Counted from the first letter of the stretch, positions 11,161 to 24,771 are shown. The stretch: DNA of 63,763 bases from Octopus bimaculoides (GCF_001194135.2 NC_068990.1:72294839-72358601); one strand, 5' to 3'. The notes: generated by a model from the letters alone, not told the origin. Translations and numbers: made by a program.

Positions 11161-13287
11161 CTTCTGCTCTTTATAGAGTAATGTTGACTAACCATTTCAT
11201 CCAATGCTATGCTGATTCTGTCAATAATCCACTTTTCTTCTATTAATGCTAATAAGAATTTTGTACATTGGCATAATTCCATGTCAATTAAATAAATAAC
11301 TGATCAATCAGTATATTACTGGTTCTTAATTTATTGACCCTTGAGTGATAAAAGACAAAGTTGACTGACTGACTGACCCCAGTGGTTGATTAAATACAGC
11401 AGAATATATGATGGAAGAAGTAACTAAGTGCATCAAGGCATTTTGTCACAAAAACAACCCCCATCCCAGTCCAGTTCTGACATCCACCATTTCCCCTGTC
11501 AGTAACAATAATAATCTCATTCACCATTGTCCCATTAGTATCAAAAGACTATCATGTCTTTGGCAGCATGCCAGTCCTTTTGTCATCAGAGCCGCCCTAC
11601 TTTCTATTCTATCACACAATTTAGGTCATTACATATGGATAATCCAGACTACATAAATAAAGGTATTTTCTTTTGTTGTTATCATCAAATAACTTCTTTC
11701 TGTGTGTATGTGTGTATTGGTGTGTGTATTGGTGTGTGTATGCTTGTGTGAGTGTGCGTATGTATGTATGTAATGATTAACCAGTCAACTGTGACAGTCT
11801 ACCATAATGTATGTGAGGCAGGCAATGCATCTTTCCCCTAGGCACCTCGTTTTACAAGAGATCGTTGTTAATTCTACTCAATTAACTCGAATACTGACTA
11901 AATATCTCTCACTCTGTCTCTCTCTCTTCATTTTATATTATAGAAGGAAAATAAATGTGTTGGCAAACATATCAATAAAGATATGATTAAATTGCTATAA
12001 TTAATTTGAACAAAGATATTATATATGTATTAAAAACCTTTACACACACACACACACACACACACAGAGCTATATACATATATACATATATATATATATA
12101 NNNNNNNNNNNNNNNNNNNNNNNNNNNNNNNNNNNNNNNNNNNNNNNNNNNNNNNNNNNNNNNNNNNNNNNNNNNNNNNNNNNNNNNNNNNNNNNNNNNN
12201 NNNNNNNNNNNNNNNNNNNNNNNNNNNNNNNNNNNNNNNNNNNNNNNNNNNNNNNNNNNNNNNNNNNNNNNNNNNNNNNNNNNNNNNNNNNNNNNNNNNN
12301 NNNNNNNNNNNNNNNNNNNNNNNNNNNNNNNNNNNNNNNNNNNNNNNNNNNNNNNNNNNNNNNNNNNNNNNNNNNNNNNNNNNNNNNNNNNNNNNNNNNN
12401 NNNNNNNNNNNNNNNNNNNNNNNNNNNNNNNNNNNNNNNNNNNNNNNNNNNNNNNNNNNNNNNNNNNNNNNNNNNNNNNNNNNNNNNNNNNNNNNNNNNN
12501 NNNNNNNNNNNNNNNNNNNNNNNNNNNNNNNNNNNNNNNNNNNNNNNNNNNNNNNNNNNNNNNNNNNNNNNNNNNNNNNNNNNNNNNNNNNNNNNNNNNN
12601 NNNNNNNNNNNNNNNNNNNNNNNNNNNNNNNNNNNNNNNNNNNNNNNNNNNNNNNNNNNNNNNNNNNNNNNNNNNNNNNNNNNNNNNNNNNNNNNNNNNN
12701 NNNNNNNNNNNNNNNNNNNNNNNNNNNNNNNNNNNNNNNNNNNNNNNNNNNNNNNNNNNNNNNNNNNNNNNNNNNNNNNNNNNNNNNNNNNNNNNNNNNN
12801 NNNNNNNNNNNNNNNNNNNNNNNNNNNNNNNNNNNNNNNNNNNNNNNNNNNNNNNNNNNNNNNNNNNNNNNNNNNNNNNNNNNNNNNNNNNNNNNNNNNN
12901 NNNNNNNNNNNNNNNNNNNNNNNNNNNNNNNNNNNNNNNNNNNNNNNNNNNNNNNNNNNNNNNNNNNNNNNNNNATACCTATTTTATTAATTTTATTTTT
13001 AATTATTCTAAAGACTCCATTAGTTGAGAAGAAAATAAAATAATACTTTCGGACCTTTAAATGAGAATTAACAAAGAAATGCTTTTTTTATTGTGTTTTT
13101 ATTATCATTATATTTATTTTCTCCATAGAAGCATGGTATAGATGCTTCTACAGTGAATTACACCGATTCCAGCTGCTTTATTTTATAGTCTTTTAATTAA
13201 TGTTCTACTCAGATTTAACTATTTATTCCATTGTGAAACATGAAAGATGCTTATTTTCAGCTGATTGAGACATGTGGGTCCTTGTTT

Positions 13288-13319
<32 letters not shown>

Positions 13320-13452
13320 TTTCTTTCTTTCTTCCTTTCTTTTTTAAATACAATGATACAGTTGAATCCTACATTACATCAGCATTAGAAAAACTTTCAA
13401 AATATAATTTGTAGATTAAATACCAGTTGAACTGCAATATTTCAGTGGTGTA

Positions 13453-14260
13453 AGGTGGTGAGCAGAAACATTGGCATATTGGGCGAAATGTCTTTATGTT
13501 TTGAGTTCAAATTCCGCCAAGGTCGACTTTGCCTTTCATCCTTTTAAGGTTGATAATTTAAGTACCAGTTGCATACTGGGGTCGATCTAATTGACTGGCC
13601 CCCACTCCCTCAAAATTTCGGGCCTTGTGCCTAAATTCAAAACCAATATTACAATGTATGAATAAAGTGGCAAGCTGACAATATCTTGTATTTAGTTTCA
13701 GCCCTTTATGTTCCAAGTTCATTTCTCACTGAGATCACCTTTACCTTTCATCCCTCCAGGATCGATAAAAATAAAGTACTAATCAAGTACTGAGATTGAT
13801 GATATCGACTAATTTCTGCCTCTCAGAATTGCTGGTCTTGTACCTAAATTACTAACAACTATTAGCACTTAGGGAAAAATACCTTTCAGCATTTATTCTA
13901 GCTCTTTATGTTCTGAGATCAAATCCTGTTAAAGTCAACTTTGCTTTCATCCTTTCCAGATTGATAAAATGAAGTACTCACTAAGTACTGAAGGTCATTA
14001 TAAGTGAATAAGTCCTCCCCCCCACTCAAACATATCTAGTCTTGTGCCTAAATAAGAAACAATTAATAAGGCAGTGAGATAGTAGAATTATTAGAGCACC
14101 AGTAAAAAATGCTTTGCAGTATTTATTCCAGCTCTGAACATTCTGAGTTCAATCCCTATCAACGCTAACTCAGCCTTTTATCCTTTCAGGCCTGATAAAA
14201 TAAAATACCAGTCTAAGTTAATGGTTTAATCTAAAAATTGTTGTTTGTGTATCTATGTGA
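13453..14260 (+). mobile_element. Array of four head-to-tail SINE family A copies of increasing divergence
   Basis: Four repeats of head / ttctgagttcaa / cctttcatcc / ataaa..aagtac / ttgtgcctaaa starting near 13453, 13667, 13870 and 14068. Confidence 0.8.
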
Positions 14261-14350
14261 GAAACTGTTATTATTATTACGAGGTTAATCCCAAAAGAAA
14301 GGTCTCCAAAACTATTTAGAAATCACAGAAACATTTATTGTCAATTATTA

Positions 14351-14381
<31 letters not shown>

Positions 14382-14402
14382 CATTATTATTATTATCATT
14401 AT

Positions 14403-14710
14403 CATTATTCAACATTTGATAGTTTCAGGTAGATTTCTACTGCATCACCTGCTACACATTCGCGTTGCTGGGATGTGTGCAGCATTGTGTGTTCTTTTCC
14501 ATTGCTATGGAAGTGCAAACTCTTCTCAGCATTGCATTGCATCAGTTTTGTTATGGGTCTGGTTGCAGTCTTTTTTTGTATTAGTGTTTGTATTGTGTGT
14601 TGTGTGTGTAATGCAAGTTGTGTTCTCCTGTTGGGTATCTGGCCTGGAGAGTACATGTTGTGGTGGCTGCTTATTTTATTGGATATTTACAGTATAGAGT
14701 GTGTTTTGTG

Positions 14711-14712
<2 letters not shown>
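14403..14712 (-). mobile_element. Unclassified ~310-bp insert between two (TTA)n tracts; possible 3' UTR of a TAA-targeting R4/Dong-like LINE
   Basis: Unique segment flanked by (TTA/TCA)n at 14338-14402 and (TTA)n at 14713-14790. No coding motif recognised. Confidence 0.35.
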
Positions 14713-14773
<61 letters not shown>

Positions 14774-15376
14774 CATTATTATTACAATTATTAAGTAATA
14801 TTGACATTTCCAGAGAAGTAGTTAGCACAACACCTACAGAAATCCATAAATAGAAGTGTTTTAGATTGTTGATAAATTAATGGCGTTTTCTTTAGTAATT
14901 TCGGTATATGATATTGAGATTAATAAAACAGACATATCTAGCTGAGTGTTGGCAGGAATTATACACGTTGATGGAATGGTAGTGAAGCACATTTTCTTTC
15001 TCTGATAGATGAGAAAACTATTGATAAGTTCAATAATTGTTCTACTGTCGTATTTGATGGATAGAAGGCTAATATCTATTTCATGTCCAGTTTGTTTTTT
15101 CTATTTGTTTTGTATTGTATGTATGTATGTGATTGTGTGCATGGTGTGTGTGCATGTGTGTGTGTGTTTGTGTATGAGGCTGGAATAATGGAAACCATAA
15201 TAAACAGAAACGACAATGGAAAGATCTCGAGTCTGTTAATGAAATGATAAATAATGGTTAATTAAAGAATAAATTGGATTATCAAAATGTGAAAATATAA
15301 CAGAATAACTCTATTGAATTCTATATATACTGACATACATGCACGTGCACACACACACATGCATTTATATATAAAT

Positions 15377-15414
<38 letters not shown>

Positions 15415-15972
15415 GTATGATAACAGGCTGTTTTNNNNNNNNNNNNNNNNNNNNNNNNNNNNNNNNNNNNNNNNNNNNNNNNNNNNNNNNNNNNNNNNNN
15501 NNNNNNNNNNNNNNNNNNNNNNNNNNNNNNNNNNNNNNNNNNNNNNNNNNNNNNNNNNNNNNNNNNNNNNNNNNNNNNNNNNNNNNNNNNNNNNNNNNNN
15601 NNNNNNNNNNNNNNNNNNNNNNNNNNNNNNNNNNNNNNNNNNNNNNNNNNNNNNNNNNNNNNNNNNNNNNNNNNNNNNNNNNNNNNNNNNNNNNNNNNNN
15701 NNNNNNNNNNNNNNNNNNNNNNNNNNNNNNNNNNNNNNNNNNNNNNNNNNNNNNNNNNNNNNNNNNNNNNNNNNNNNNNNNNNNNNNNNNNNNNNNNNNN
15801 NNNNNNNNNNNNNNNNNNNNNNNNNNNNNNNNNNNNNNNNNNNNNNNNNNNNNNNNNNNNNNNNNNNNNNNNNNNNNNNNNNNNNNNNNNNNNNNNNNNN
15901 NNNNNNNNNNNNNNNNNNNNNNNNNNNNNNNNNNNNNNNNNNNNNNNNNNNNNNNTATATATATATATATAT

Positions 15973-16225
15973 ATCATCATCATTGTCGTTTAACGTCCGC
16001 TTTCCATGCTAGCATGGGTTGAACGATTTGACTGAGGACTGGTGAAACCAGATGGCTACACCAGGCTCCAATCTGATTTGGCAGAGTTTCTACAGCTGGA
16101 TGCCCTTCCTAATGCCAACCACTCCGAGAGTGTAGTGGGTGCTTTTACGTGCCACCAGCACGAAGGCCAGTACTGGCAACAGCCATGCTCAAAATGGTGT
16201 ATTTTACGTGCCACCTGCACTGGTG
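15973..16225 (-). mobile_element. RTE-type LINE 3' tail with (GAT)n end, well preserved
   Basis: Minus strand: ...ggaagggcatccagctgtagaaactctgcc...catgctagcatggaaagcggacgttaaacgacaatgatgatg; the same tail recurs at 21650-21945 and 63005-63210. Confidence 0.75.
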
Positions 16226-16267
16226 TGTGTGTGTGTGTGTGTGTGTGTTTGTGTGTCTGTGTCTGTG

Positions 16268-16470
16268 TTTGTCTCCTGCCACCACTTGACAACTGGTGTT
16301 GGTGTGTTTACATCACCATAACTTAGCAGTACAGCAAAAGAAACTGACAGAATAAGTACCAGGGTTAAAAAAAATAATAAGTACTGGTGTTAATTTATTC
16401 AACTAAAAATTCTTCAAAGTTGTACCCCAGCATGGCCACAGTCAATTGATTGAAAGAAGTAAACAAATAA
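16268..16470 (+). mobile_element. SINE family B 3' tail
   Basis: ccaccacttgacaac..ggtgt..taacttagcagt..aataagtac..ccccagcatggccacagtc, as at 54395-54600. Confidence 0.8.
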
Positions 16471-18984
16471 ATGGTCAACGATATAGAGTGTTCACACAGA
16501 GGTTGCCAGTTGAAATTCAGGCTTTTAAATTGACATTTGTGCATTCTTCTTTATATTTTGTGTCCAGAGGTGATTATAATCATGGATCCTCTACTCACTT
16601 CCATCTCACACTCAAACTGCTAAGCCCATTGAATAATTGCTCTCACTTCCAGTTTCTTCTTCTTTTCAGGTGTAGAAAATTATTTCAAGCTGTTATTCCT
16701 CATTAGCAATCTGCCACACATGTAGTCAAATGGGCAATTATTCCTTTCAATTTTCTGTTTGTTACTAAGTGAGCAAGGTTTTGTCATCTCATTTGATGAC
16801 CAATGAACTTAGTTGGTTGCCTTCTTTTTGTTAAGAAGATTTTATGCTTTCTCCTATTATGTTTTGAGGAATGATGGAAGGTAATGTTGATTTCAGTAAA
16901 ACTTGAACTCAGAGAATGTTTTAGAGATAATACTGAATACTATATTTCATTTAGCCTGGCATTCTAAACTTTAGGCTAACGTTCTGTAGTTCAATAACTA
17001 CATATCCCAGGCATAGTCCAGCTTCTGGTTTTGGTAGAGTTTGGAGTGATAGTGGTTAAAGAGATAACTTCGACAATATCAACTATATCATATTGATACT
17101 CAGTATTATATTGAGTCTTGAATAACTGCTTTGACAGTAGCTTACAAACTCAGTTATTACCTTGACTGGGGTAAAAACTGCATTTAGTTGGGATAATAGC
17201 AGTGGTACAGCAAATGGTTGCCAACAGTCACAAATCCCTTCCCCATTGATGTGAGGTGAACCATCATATATAAAATTGAGCAAGTCATTTGTGAAAGGCC
17301 TCACACCAGTTCTACATCATTTTTGTAGTTTGTTTCACACTGCGGCAGAAATACAATGAATCAATAGGAAAGTGTGAAATTATAAGTAGGGTGTGTAACT
17401 GACACCAATTCATTTTTGAAAGTGAGTTTATGATAAAAGCAAGTGTGTTGTGTTTTGGCATACTGTGAGAGATTAGCTCAGCTGAAGTTATATTGTCTTA
17501 GTTTATTCAGTTCAGATTAAATGTGTTCTTTGCAATGTTGAATCATGTTTGTATTTCTTCCATATTACGGCAACTCACCTGTTGCCAGATTATAGGGCTT
17601 TGTTAATTTTTGAGAGAAGTCAATTTTTAAAAATTGTAGTGTTTTAATGTGCATATTTATTATACAGTATATTATAGACATAAATTCAATAAAATTATGT
17701 ATAAAATTAAAAACAACTAAACAAAAATTAGAATGTTTTGAAAATACTTTTCAAAAAAATGCATTGTCTTAAAAGTTTAAAAAAATTCAAATATTCTTTG
17801 ATCTCTTGTTTTTAATGATTTGGAGAAAATGCTGAGATTTGTGTTTTTTAAACATGAATTAGTATTGTGGTTTGCCATAGGGTTTTATAAATAAGTAATT
17901 AAATTTGTATAAAAATATCTCGATAAATTGAAATAATTTTTATTGTTTATCAAGTTTTAATTATTAATTAAATATCTGATCAAAGAAACAAAGCAAACAA
18001 ACTTAATAATTATAACAAGTGTGTGCATCTGTAGAGACGTTCTCATTTTTATTCTCATAAAATATATATTAAAAAAAACAGCCTGACAAAAATTGTAGTT
18101 TGCTCGTTTCTTTTGCTTCAAAAACTAAAGTGTTCATCACATTTTGGAGCTGTCTTAAAAATAGGTAGGTGCATCTATCTTAATTATTTTTAATGTTAAA
18201 TGAAGAGTGTATACATCATGTTGTACATTACAATTTGAAAGTAAGAAATTATTCTTCATTATCACAGCATACCTTGTACAGGTTAGTGTACATTACCTAT
18301 TTCCTACAGACATGATGCAGTTTATGACCCATTAACATAATTTGCATTTAGCTCAATGAAAAATAAATTCAGCCTTGTAATGTCTAAAATTTTCCGGATG
18401 CAGGAGATCATTCACAATTTCACAATATCCCATAAATTTGGATCCATTGCTGAATAATTTATAAATTAAAAATTTTTAAATGTACTGATTTATAAATTTT
18501 CAATAACTAATATCTAGAAATACTATATTCTTTACAGACCTGGCTCAGCCATTTACACACACACCACACACATACACACATTTGCCTACAGCTATGTACT
18601 GCAAGTAAGTGTACATTTCTATCTCTATATCCACATTAATTCCTGCATGGTAAAATTGACACATTGACCTTAGATTTTTCATGCTTGGTAACCAGTCTGT
18701 CATGATAGTCATTATGTCTTGTCAGTGGCTATTGCACATGACAGAGTGTGGTGTGGTGTGTATTAAAGATAGACCATATATGATTTAGGTAAATTTGGTA
18801 AGCTTGGCAACCATATCAAATTTCCACTAATGACAGATTTATTCAAATTACATCAGTTTGCTATTGGTATCTCTCCAGAGGCTGCATTGAATATGTGATT
18901 GGAGGTGATGAAAGCATGTTCACATTGTAATTTTCATAATACCTGACAATATCTTTTGGTTGTTTCAGTCAGTTGAATGAATCA

Positions 18985-19268
18985 ACGCCTGTACTTATTT
19001 TTTCTTTTTTTTTTTAAGCTTGGTCTCTTTTGCTGAACTGCTAAGTTATAAAGATGTAAACTCACTAACACCAGTTTTCAAGTCGTGGGTGGAGGCAACA
19101 CACACACACACAACTGGCTTCTTCCAGTTTCTGCCTATAAAATCCACTCACAAGGCTTTGGTTGGCTGAAGTAGAAGACACTTGCTGAAGGTGCCATGCA
19201 GTGGGACTGAACCAAGAACCAAGTGGTTGGCAAGCAAGCTTCTTACCACACAGCCATACCTGCACCTG
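18985..19268 (-). mobile_element. SINE family B (head, short CA array, partial tail)
   Basis: Reverse complement of ggctgtgtggtaagaagcttgcttgccaaccacttggttcttggttcagtcccactgcatggcacc... Confidence 0.85.
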
Positions 19269-19852
19269 TTGAAACAATGAGTTACAGACTCATTTAAACT
19301 TAAGTGTTGCTTATTTTTCAGTAGACATGCAGATAATTTTTGCTTACATGTTTATTTTTTAGATAAGTAGATCTAGTTGGCATCATAAAACCATTTAATT
19401 TCAAGAATAACGTAACATTTCTGAAGGAATGCTACATGGCTAAACCAACCATTCCTTGTCATTGAAGATATCATTTCTGATACTGACAGATTTCTGAAAT
19501 AGCAAAAAGAGAAAAAAAAAAGGAAAAAAGGACAATTCTGTTTCTGTGACTTTTAATATATCTAGCACTTCAAGTGTATTACAGTATTGTTGTCTTTTGT
19601 GTGAGAGTTGTGGGCTGAAAATCAGAAACTAAGCACTCTTCTGTCCACAAAGCAAAGTCTAATTGTAGAAATAACTTATTGTCAAAAAAATACAGTAAGT
19701 TCTTGTTAAAAAAACACCATGTGGATTTATTTTCTTGCAATCTATTGAGTGAATTTTCTTGGATCTCAGGTATTTTTCCCCTTTAATTTTCAAGCATTAT
19801 TGGCTGATGATAAAAGCTGCAAGAGGTAAGCTAGAGTTCAGTGATGTTATTT

Positions 19853-20068
19853 AAGGCTGCAAGCTGCTAGAACCATTAGCACTCTGGGCTAAAAGTTTAC
19901 CTGCATTTCATCTGTCCTTAAGTTCTGAGCTCAAATTCTGCCAATGTCGACTTTGCCTTTCATCTTTCCAGTGTCGATATAATAAGTATCAGTTGATCAC
20001 TGGAGTCAATCAAATTGACTTACCCACTTCCCCCAAATTGTGGGCCTTGTGCCAAAATTTGAAACTCA
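19853..20068 (+). mobile_element. SINE family A
   Basis: ttctgagctcaaattctgccaatgtcgactttgcctttcatc...ggccttgtgcc. Confidence 0.85.
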
Positions 20069-20109
20069 TTATTTATCGATGATTTAATTAGAGAAAGAAA
20101 GATACCTTA

Positions 20110-21060
20110 GATTTGGAGAAAATAATCAGTGATATTTCAACGTTATCTCTGTACACCAAGATGGAATTAATGTAGGGATTTCATTGATTCTGAGCAGGAA
20201 GGAAGTGGTCCTGAAACTAGTTATTGCATCAATGCTTTCATTAGTAAGGTGGGTCTAAGAAAATCTTTGTACTTAGGATAAAAGTCCATAAAATATTTTC
20301 TTCAACTTCTCCCTGAGAAAATTATCTCAAGACATGCAATGAGATCACAAGGTATCCATCTCAGTAAGGCAAGATCATCTTCATTACATCAATGGCAGAG
20401 GTCAATGTATATCTCAGAATGCTTTTCTGGTGCTACTTGTGCAACTTCCAGTTTAGAGACAACTGGGACACAAATTCAGCTCTGAGAGAAGAAATCAATA
20501 TCTTAGAACTCATATCTTATAAGTATGTCTAATAAACTTCCCTCAATTCAATCTATTTGGGCAACTAAAAATGACATGACAACATGTAGAAGTACATAAT
20601 AATTAAAGACTTCATTCACAACGTACAGCAATGATCTTTATCAGCAAAGTTTCTTCTAAATTTATATGCAAAAGTTATATTTTTATGATTTTTATTCTTG
20701 ACTAACAACATTTCATCAAAATCTCTAGTTTCTAACAGGAGATTTATAGAGAGAAAGCACTGCAGAAATTTATGAGTTAAATTCCCAAGACTGTGGCATA
20801 TGGATAGATAATGTGTGCGTGTAAGAAATTTGTATGTTTTTTTAAAAGTATGTAAATAGATTCTGCAGTCAAACCAAAGAGCTTTTCTACTGGATGAACC
20901 CCAAAATAGTTTAACTAGCTTCAACTGGTTATCATTGTACGATTAAGAATATCTACTCATATCCATCCTGCAAAGAGAGCAAGGAGCTTACAGCTTATGA
21001 AAAATACAACTAGTAATAGAGCTGGCTGCTCCTTCTGTAGGCTGAAGAAGAGTAGACATT
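20110..21060 (-). mobile_element. Highly decayed Ty3/Gypsy pol relic (RT end, RNase H, integrase zinc-finger start)
   Basis: Manual minus-strand translation with stops and frameshifts gives, in Gypsy order: KFLTRTHYLS..LGNLT (cf. RFLGMVNYLSKF), ITFAYK (PIAFAS), RSLLYVV..FNYY (ERELLAVV..F..Y), LIRYEF (LxxYDF), SLH*FHLGVQR (LHxxHLG). Alignment is by eye only. Confidence 0.55.
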
Positions 21061-21129
21061 TCTGATAATATGGAAATAGCCAGTCAGAATTTAGTTAGCT
21101 GTTCTCAGGTTTGTCCTGAAGAGAGAGGG

Positions 21130-21136
21130 AGGGAGG

Positions 21137-21196
<60 letters not shown>
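21130..21196. repeat. (GA)n microsatellite
   Basis: Direct reading. Confidence 0.95.
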
Positions 21197-21198
<2 letters not shown>

Positions 21199-21649
21199 GC
21201 TTAACTACAACTTTTATTTACACAGTCAGGCTGTAGTTATGTTTATTAAACATTTGCTTGTGAACAGAGTCATAATTTAACCTTGATAATGTTTGGTGCG
21301 ATAATTTTTATATTGTCTAGAGATACAACTTTGATTATGTCTGGCAGAACTACTTTGATAATATCTTGAGTGACATTATTGTTGATAATGTCTAGAGTGA
21401 AACTTTGATAGTAAATTATTGCTACATTGTACTACAGAACGTATCTATCATATCTAAACAGATTATAAGCAACTTTATATGTCATTGATGGAAACAGATA
21501 TAAACACCTTGTCTTTCTAAACACCAAATGAGGAATAATTTGTCAGACTAGTTTCATTCCTGAGCTGGGATTTCATCAATGACCAAATATCCTCTTTAAC
21601 TATCCTGCAATGCCCCTTCCCCCTTTCGAAGGTTCTTTGTCTTGCGTGT

Positions 21650-21945
21650 TATTTGGTGATTCTGCCAATGCTGGTACCACATAAAAAGCATCCAGAAAGT
21701 GGTTGGCATTTGGAAGGGCATTCAGCTGTAAAAACTATGCTGGTGCCACTTGAAAAAAACACTGAGTCCATTCTGTAGGGTGGTTGGTGTTGGGAAGGGC
21801 ATCCATCCATAAGAAAAAAAAAAACATGCCAAAACAGACACTGAAGCCTGGTGCAGTCTTCTGCCTAGCCAGCTCCTATCAAACTGTCCAATCCATACCA
21901 GCATGGAATGTGGGTGTTAAATGATGATGATGATGATGATGATGG
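21650..21945 (+). mobile_element. RTE-type 3' tail (partly duplicated) with (GAT)n end
   Basis: gtggttggcatttggaagggcattcagctgtaaaa, a second gttgggaagggcatcc, and the end gcatggaatgtgggtgttaaatgatgatgat. Confidence 0.75.
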
Positions 21946-23630
21946 TGTAAGGTTCTGTCTAAATACAATAAATAATGAAAATATCCTTAGATATTTCGAC
22001 TAAAGAATATTACAGATGATATTTGCCAGAACTGTTTGGCTTAGGTGCAAATGATACCAAGCAACAGAGTGTATTAAGGTTTCCTGGTTGTCCTCTAAGC
22101 TCTGTCCGTAATCTTTTCTTTGGATTAGAGTATTAGTTTCTGACAAATTTCCAACACTTTATGCAATTGGTCAGGATCCTTGCACCAGTCTTAGATTTGG
22201 CAAATGCAGTGGTTTGTCACCACCATGAAGATCACCACCATCCCCAGTGGTAGCAGCAGTAGTAGCAGCAGTAGTAGCAGCAGTAGTAGCAGCAGTAGCA
22301 GCAGCATTAGTAGCTGCAGTTGCAGCACTAGTACCACAACCACCATCATTATCACCACCACCACCACCACCACCACCACCACCACCANNNNNNNNNNNNN
22401 NNNNNNNNNNNNNNNNNNNNNNNNNNNNNNNNNNNNNNNNNNNNNNNNNNNNNNNNNNNNNNNNNNNNNNNNNNNNNNNNNNNNNNNNNNNNNNNNNNNN
22501 NNNNNNNNNNNNNNNNNNNNNNNNNNNNNNNNNNNNNNNNNNNNNNNNNCGCCACCACCGCCACCACCACCACCACCACCATTAGCATCATCATGATGAA
22601 GACAGGAATTACATGCTGCAAAAACAAGAGAAATCATTTGATACCCCACCAATAATGATTATAAATATAAAAAAACACAACAAAATAGAAATGAAATAAT
22701 ACAACTCATATCAATTAATGTTAGAATACTAAAGATAAAGTATAAATTCTAGTTTCTACTAACTGACCATTAATTTATAATGGTAGAATAGCGCCGCCAA
22801 TTACTTGCATTATACAAGCCATATAACATGGAAGCATTATATATTTAGAATATAACAACCGTTCATCATTTGACTGTCTTCCACACAGACAGATCAATGA
22901 AAAGAAAAGAAAAGAAAAGAAAAAAAGAGAGAAAGAAAGAAAGAAAAGAGAAAGAATGAAAGAAAGAAAGAAAGAAAGAAAAAAGAAGTGGAACAGAGAA
23001 AATTAAATTGCAGACACAATCTGCAACTGAAGTAGATTTCTGGTCTGACATTTCAGGCAGGAATCCATTTCTACATGTTCCGCTTACTTGTATATGTAGA
23101 GAGAGAAAGATTTCTGCAGAATTTGTTGACAATTCTTTCGCAGATTAAAATAAATTATTAGATGTCTAATGAGAAAGCATTAAATTTCTAAGGAGAGACA
23201 AAATCAGTCCCTTCCTATCAGTTTAGTGCTAATAAATGTCATTTGTTATATATATATATATCTATACACATATGAAAAATGCTATAGAAAGCAGTAGATA
23301 GTTCAGCCTGCAGAAATATATGTCTAGAAAATATCTAATATGTTTTGCATTTTTTATTTTCATTTTCTTGATAAGTTTTGAGCGACATATATAAAAATGA
23401 TTTATACGAAGAAAAACAAAATATGTAAGTGATGACTTTTAGTGGTTATCGTGTCAGTTTTGTTTTTGCCAGGCCTTAACTCTTTCACGACAATTGTCCT
23501 AATATGTTAATTGCATATTTCATTTGATTTCAAAGATAAGCATAAATTTTTAGGATGATGGACTCTCTCATCGATGACATATATATATACATATATATAT
23601 ATATGTGCAGATGTATATACATAGATATAT

Positions 23631-23677
<47 letters not shown>

Positions 23678-23759
23678 CATACATACATAATATACATATA
23701 TATGTGTGTGTATGTATGTGAGATAATAGTTCTAATTTTAATGGTTTCAGTATTAAAAC

Positions 23760-24050
23760 TGAAAGTATTATCTCACATTACAATAGAGATGTTATTGTTT
23801 CACTTTTGACATGTAAGACTAAAATTGTGTAAGAGATAAGAGAGTGCTCCAGGCTCGCATTAGGCAAGAAGTTGAAAATTCTTTTAGCTCATGACACTGC
23901 ATAGACCCTAAGTAAGGCATGTGTAAAATTTTTATGAAATCGGTTCGGTAGTTCTCAAGTTTTAGTGATGCACACATACTGACAGAGAGACAGACAAACA
24001 GACAGACAGATAAACAAACAGACCGACAAACATTCTCAGTTTTATATCTA
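23760..24050 (+). mobile_element. Putative non-autonomous Helitron-like element with internal (CAGA)n
   Basis: aaattttatgaaatcggttcggtagttctcaagtttt followed by (gaca)n and aaacattctcagttttatat. The layout resembles Lep1/DINE-type Helitron derivatives (recalled). Confidence 0.45.
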
Positions 24051-24728
24051 AATTTTGTATGATTCTATTATTCTTTCTATTCTTTCATTCTTTCCTTCTT
24101 TCTATCAGCCCTTTCACACTTTGTTCATTCCACTCTTTGTTCTTTCGTTCCTCCTCTCTCACATTTCCTGGCCTTCTATTCATGTTCACTTACCCTCCTC
24201 TTTCACTTCACTGTGTCTCTTTCATTTTTTCTTGCCCCTCCTTAATTCTTCTATTCCTCTGCCGCTACTTCTCTCTCTTCTCTCCCCACGTGACCAGTGT
24301 TCGGCTAGGCCTGACCTTTCTTTCTTGGTTCAACTACCATCCATGCAACATCTATCTTCCCGTGCCTGTTAAATCTTATGTCCCTGCCATAAGGCTTTAC
24401 TTCCACACATGCCAGCTTAATTTAATTCATCCTTAGTCGAAAGACACCTGTTGTTATGTCCTGTTAATTGCATTTGTATTTGTGTAACATTTCTCTGTTT
24501 TTTTTTCTGTCCTTATTTTCATGCACATTCGCTGCTTTTTTCCAAGGAGTCTAATGCTCTTAGCTTAGTTTTTCTTTGGGGTTGGCCAGATTGGGGCAAT
24601 CTTGAGTATAACCAGCTGAAATTGCAAAGATAATCTGGGACTTGACTGAGGATAGAAAATCCGAATGACCCATACTGGTATTCTTTGTATCATCTGTCTG
24701 GATGTTTTGCATTCTTGTCTCATTTTTG

Positions 24729-24767
<39 letters not shown>

Positions 24768-24771
<4 letters not shown>

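Noticed and set aside
24110-24720. Pyrimidine-rich blocks resembling recalled Penelope-associated repeats
   Set aside because: No hammerhead core, coding motif or second copy in the window to support the call.
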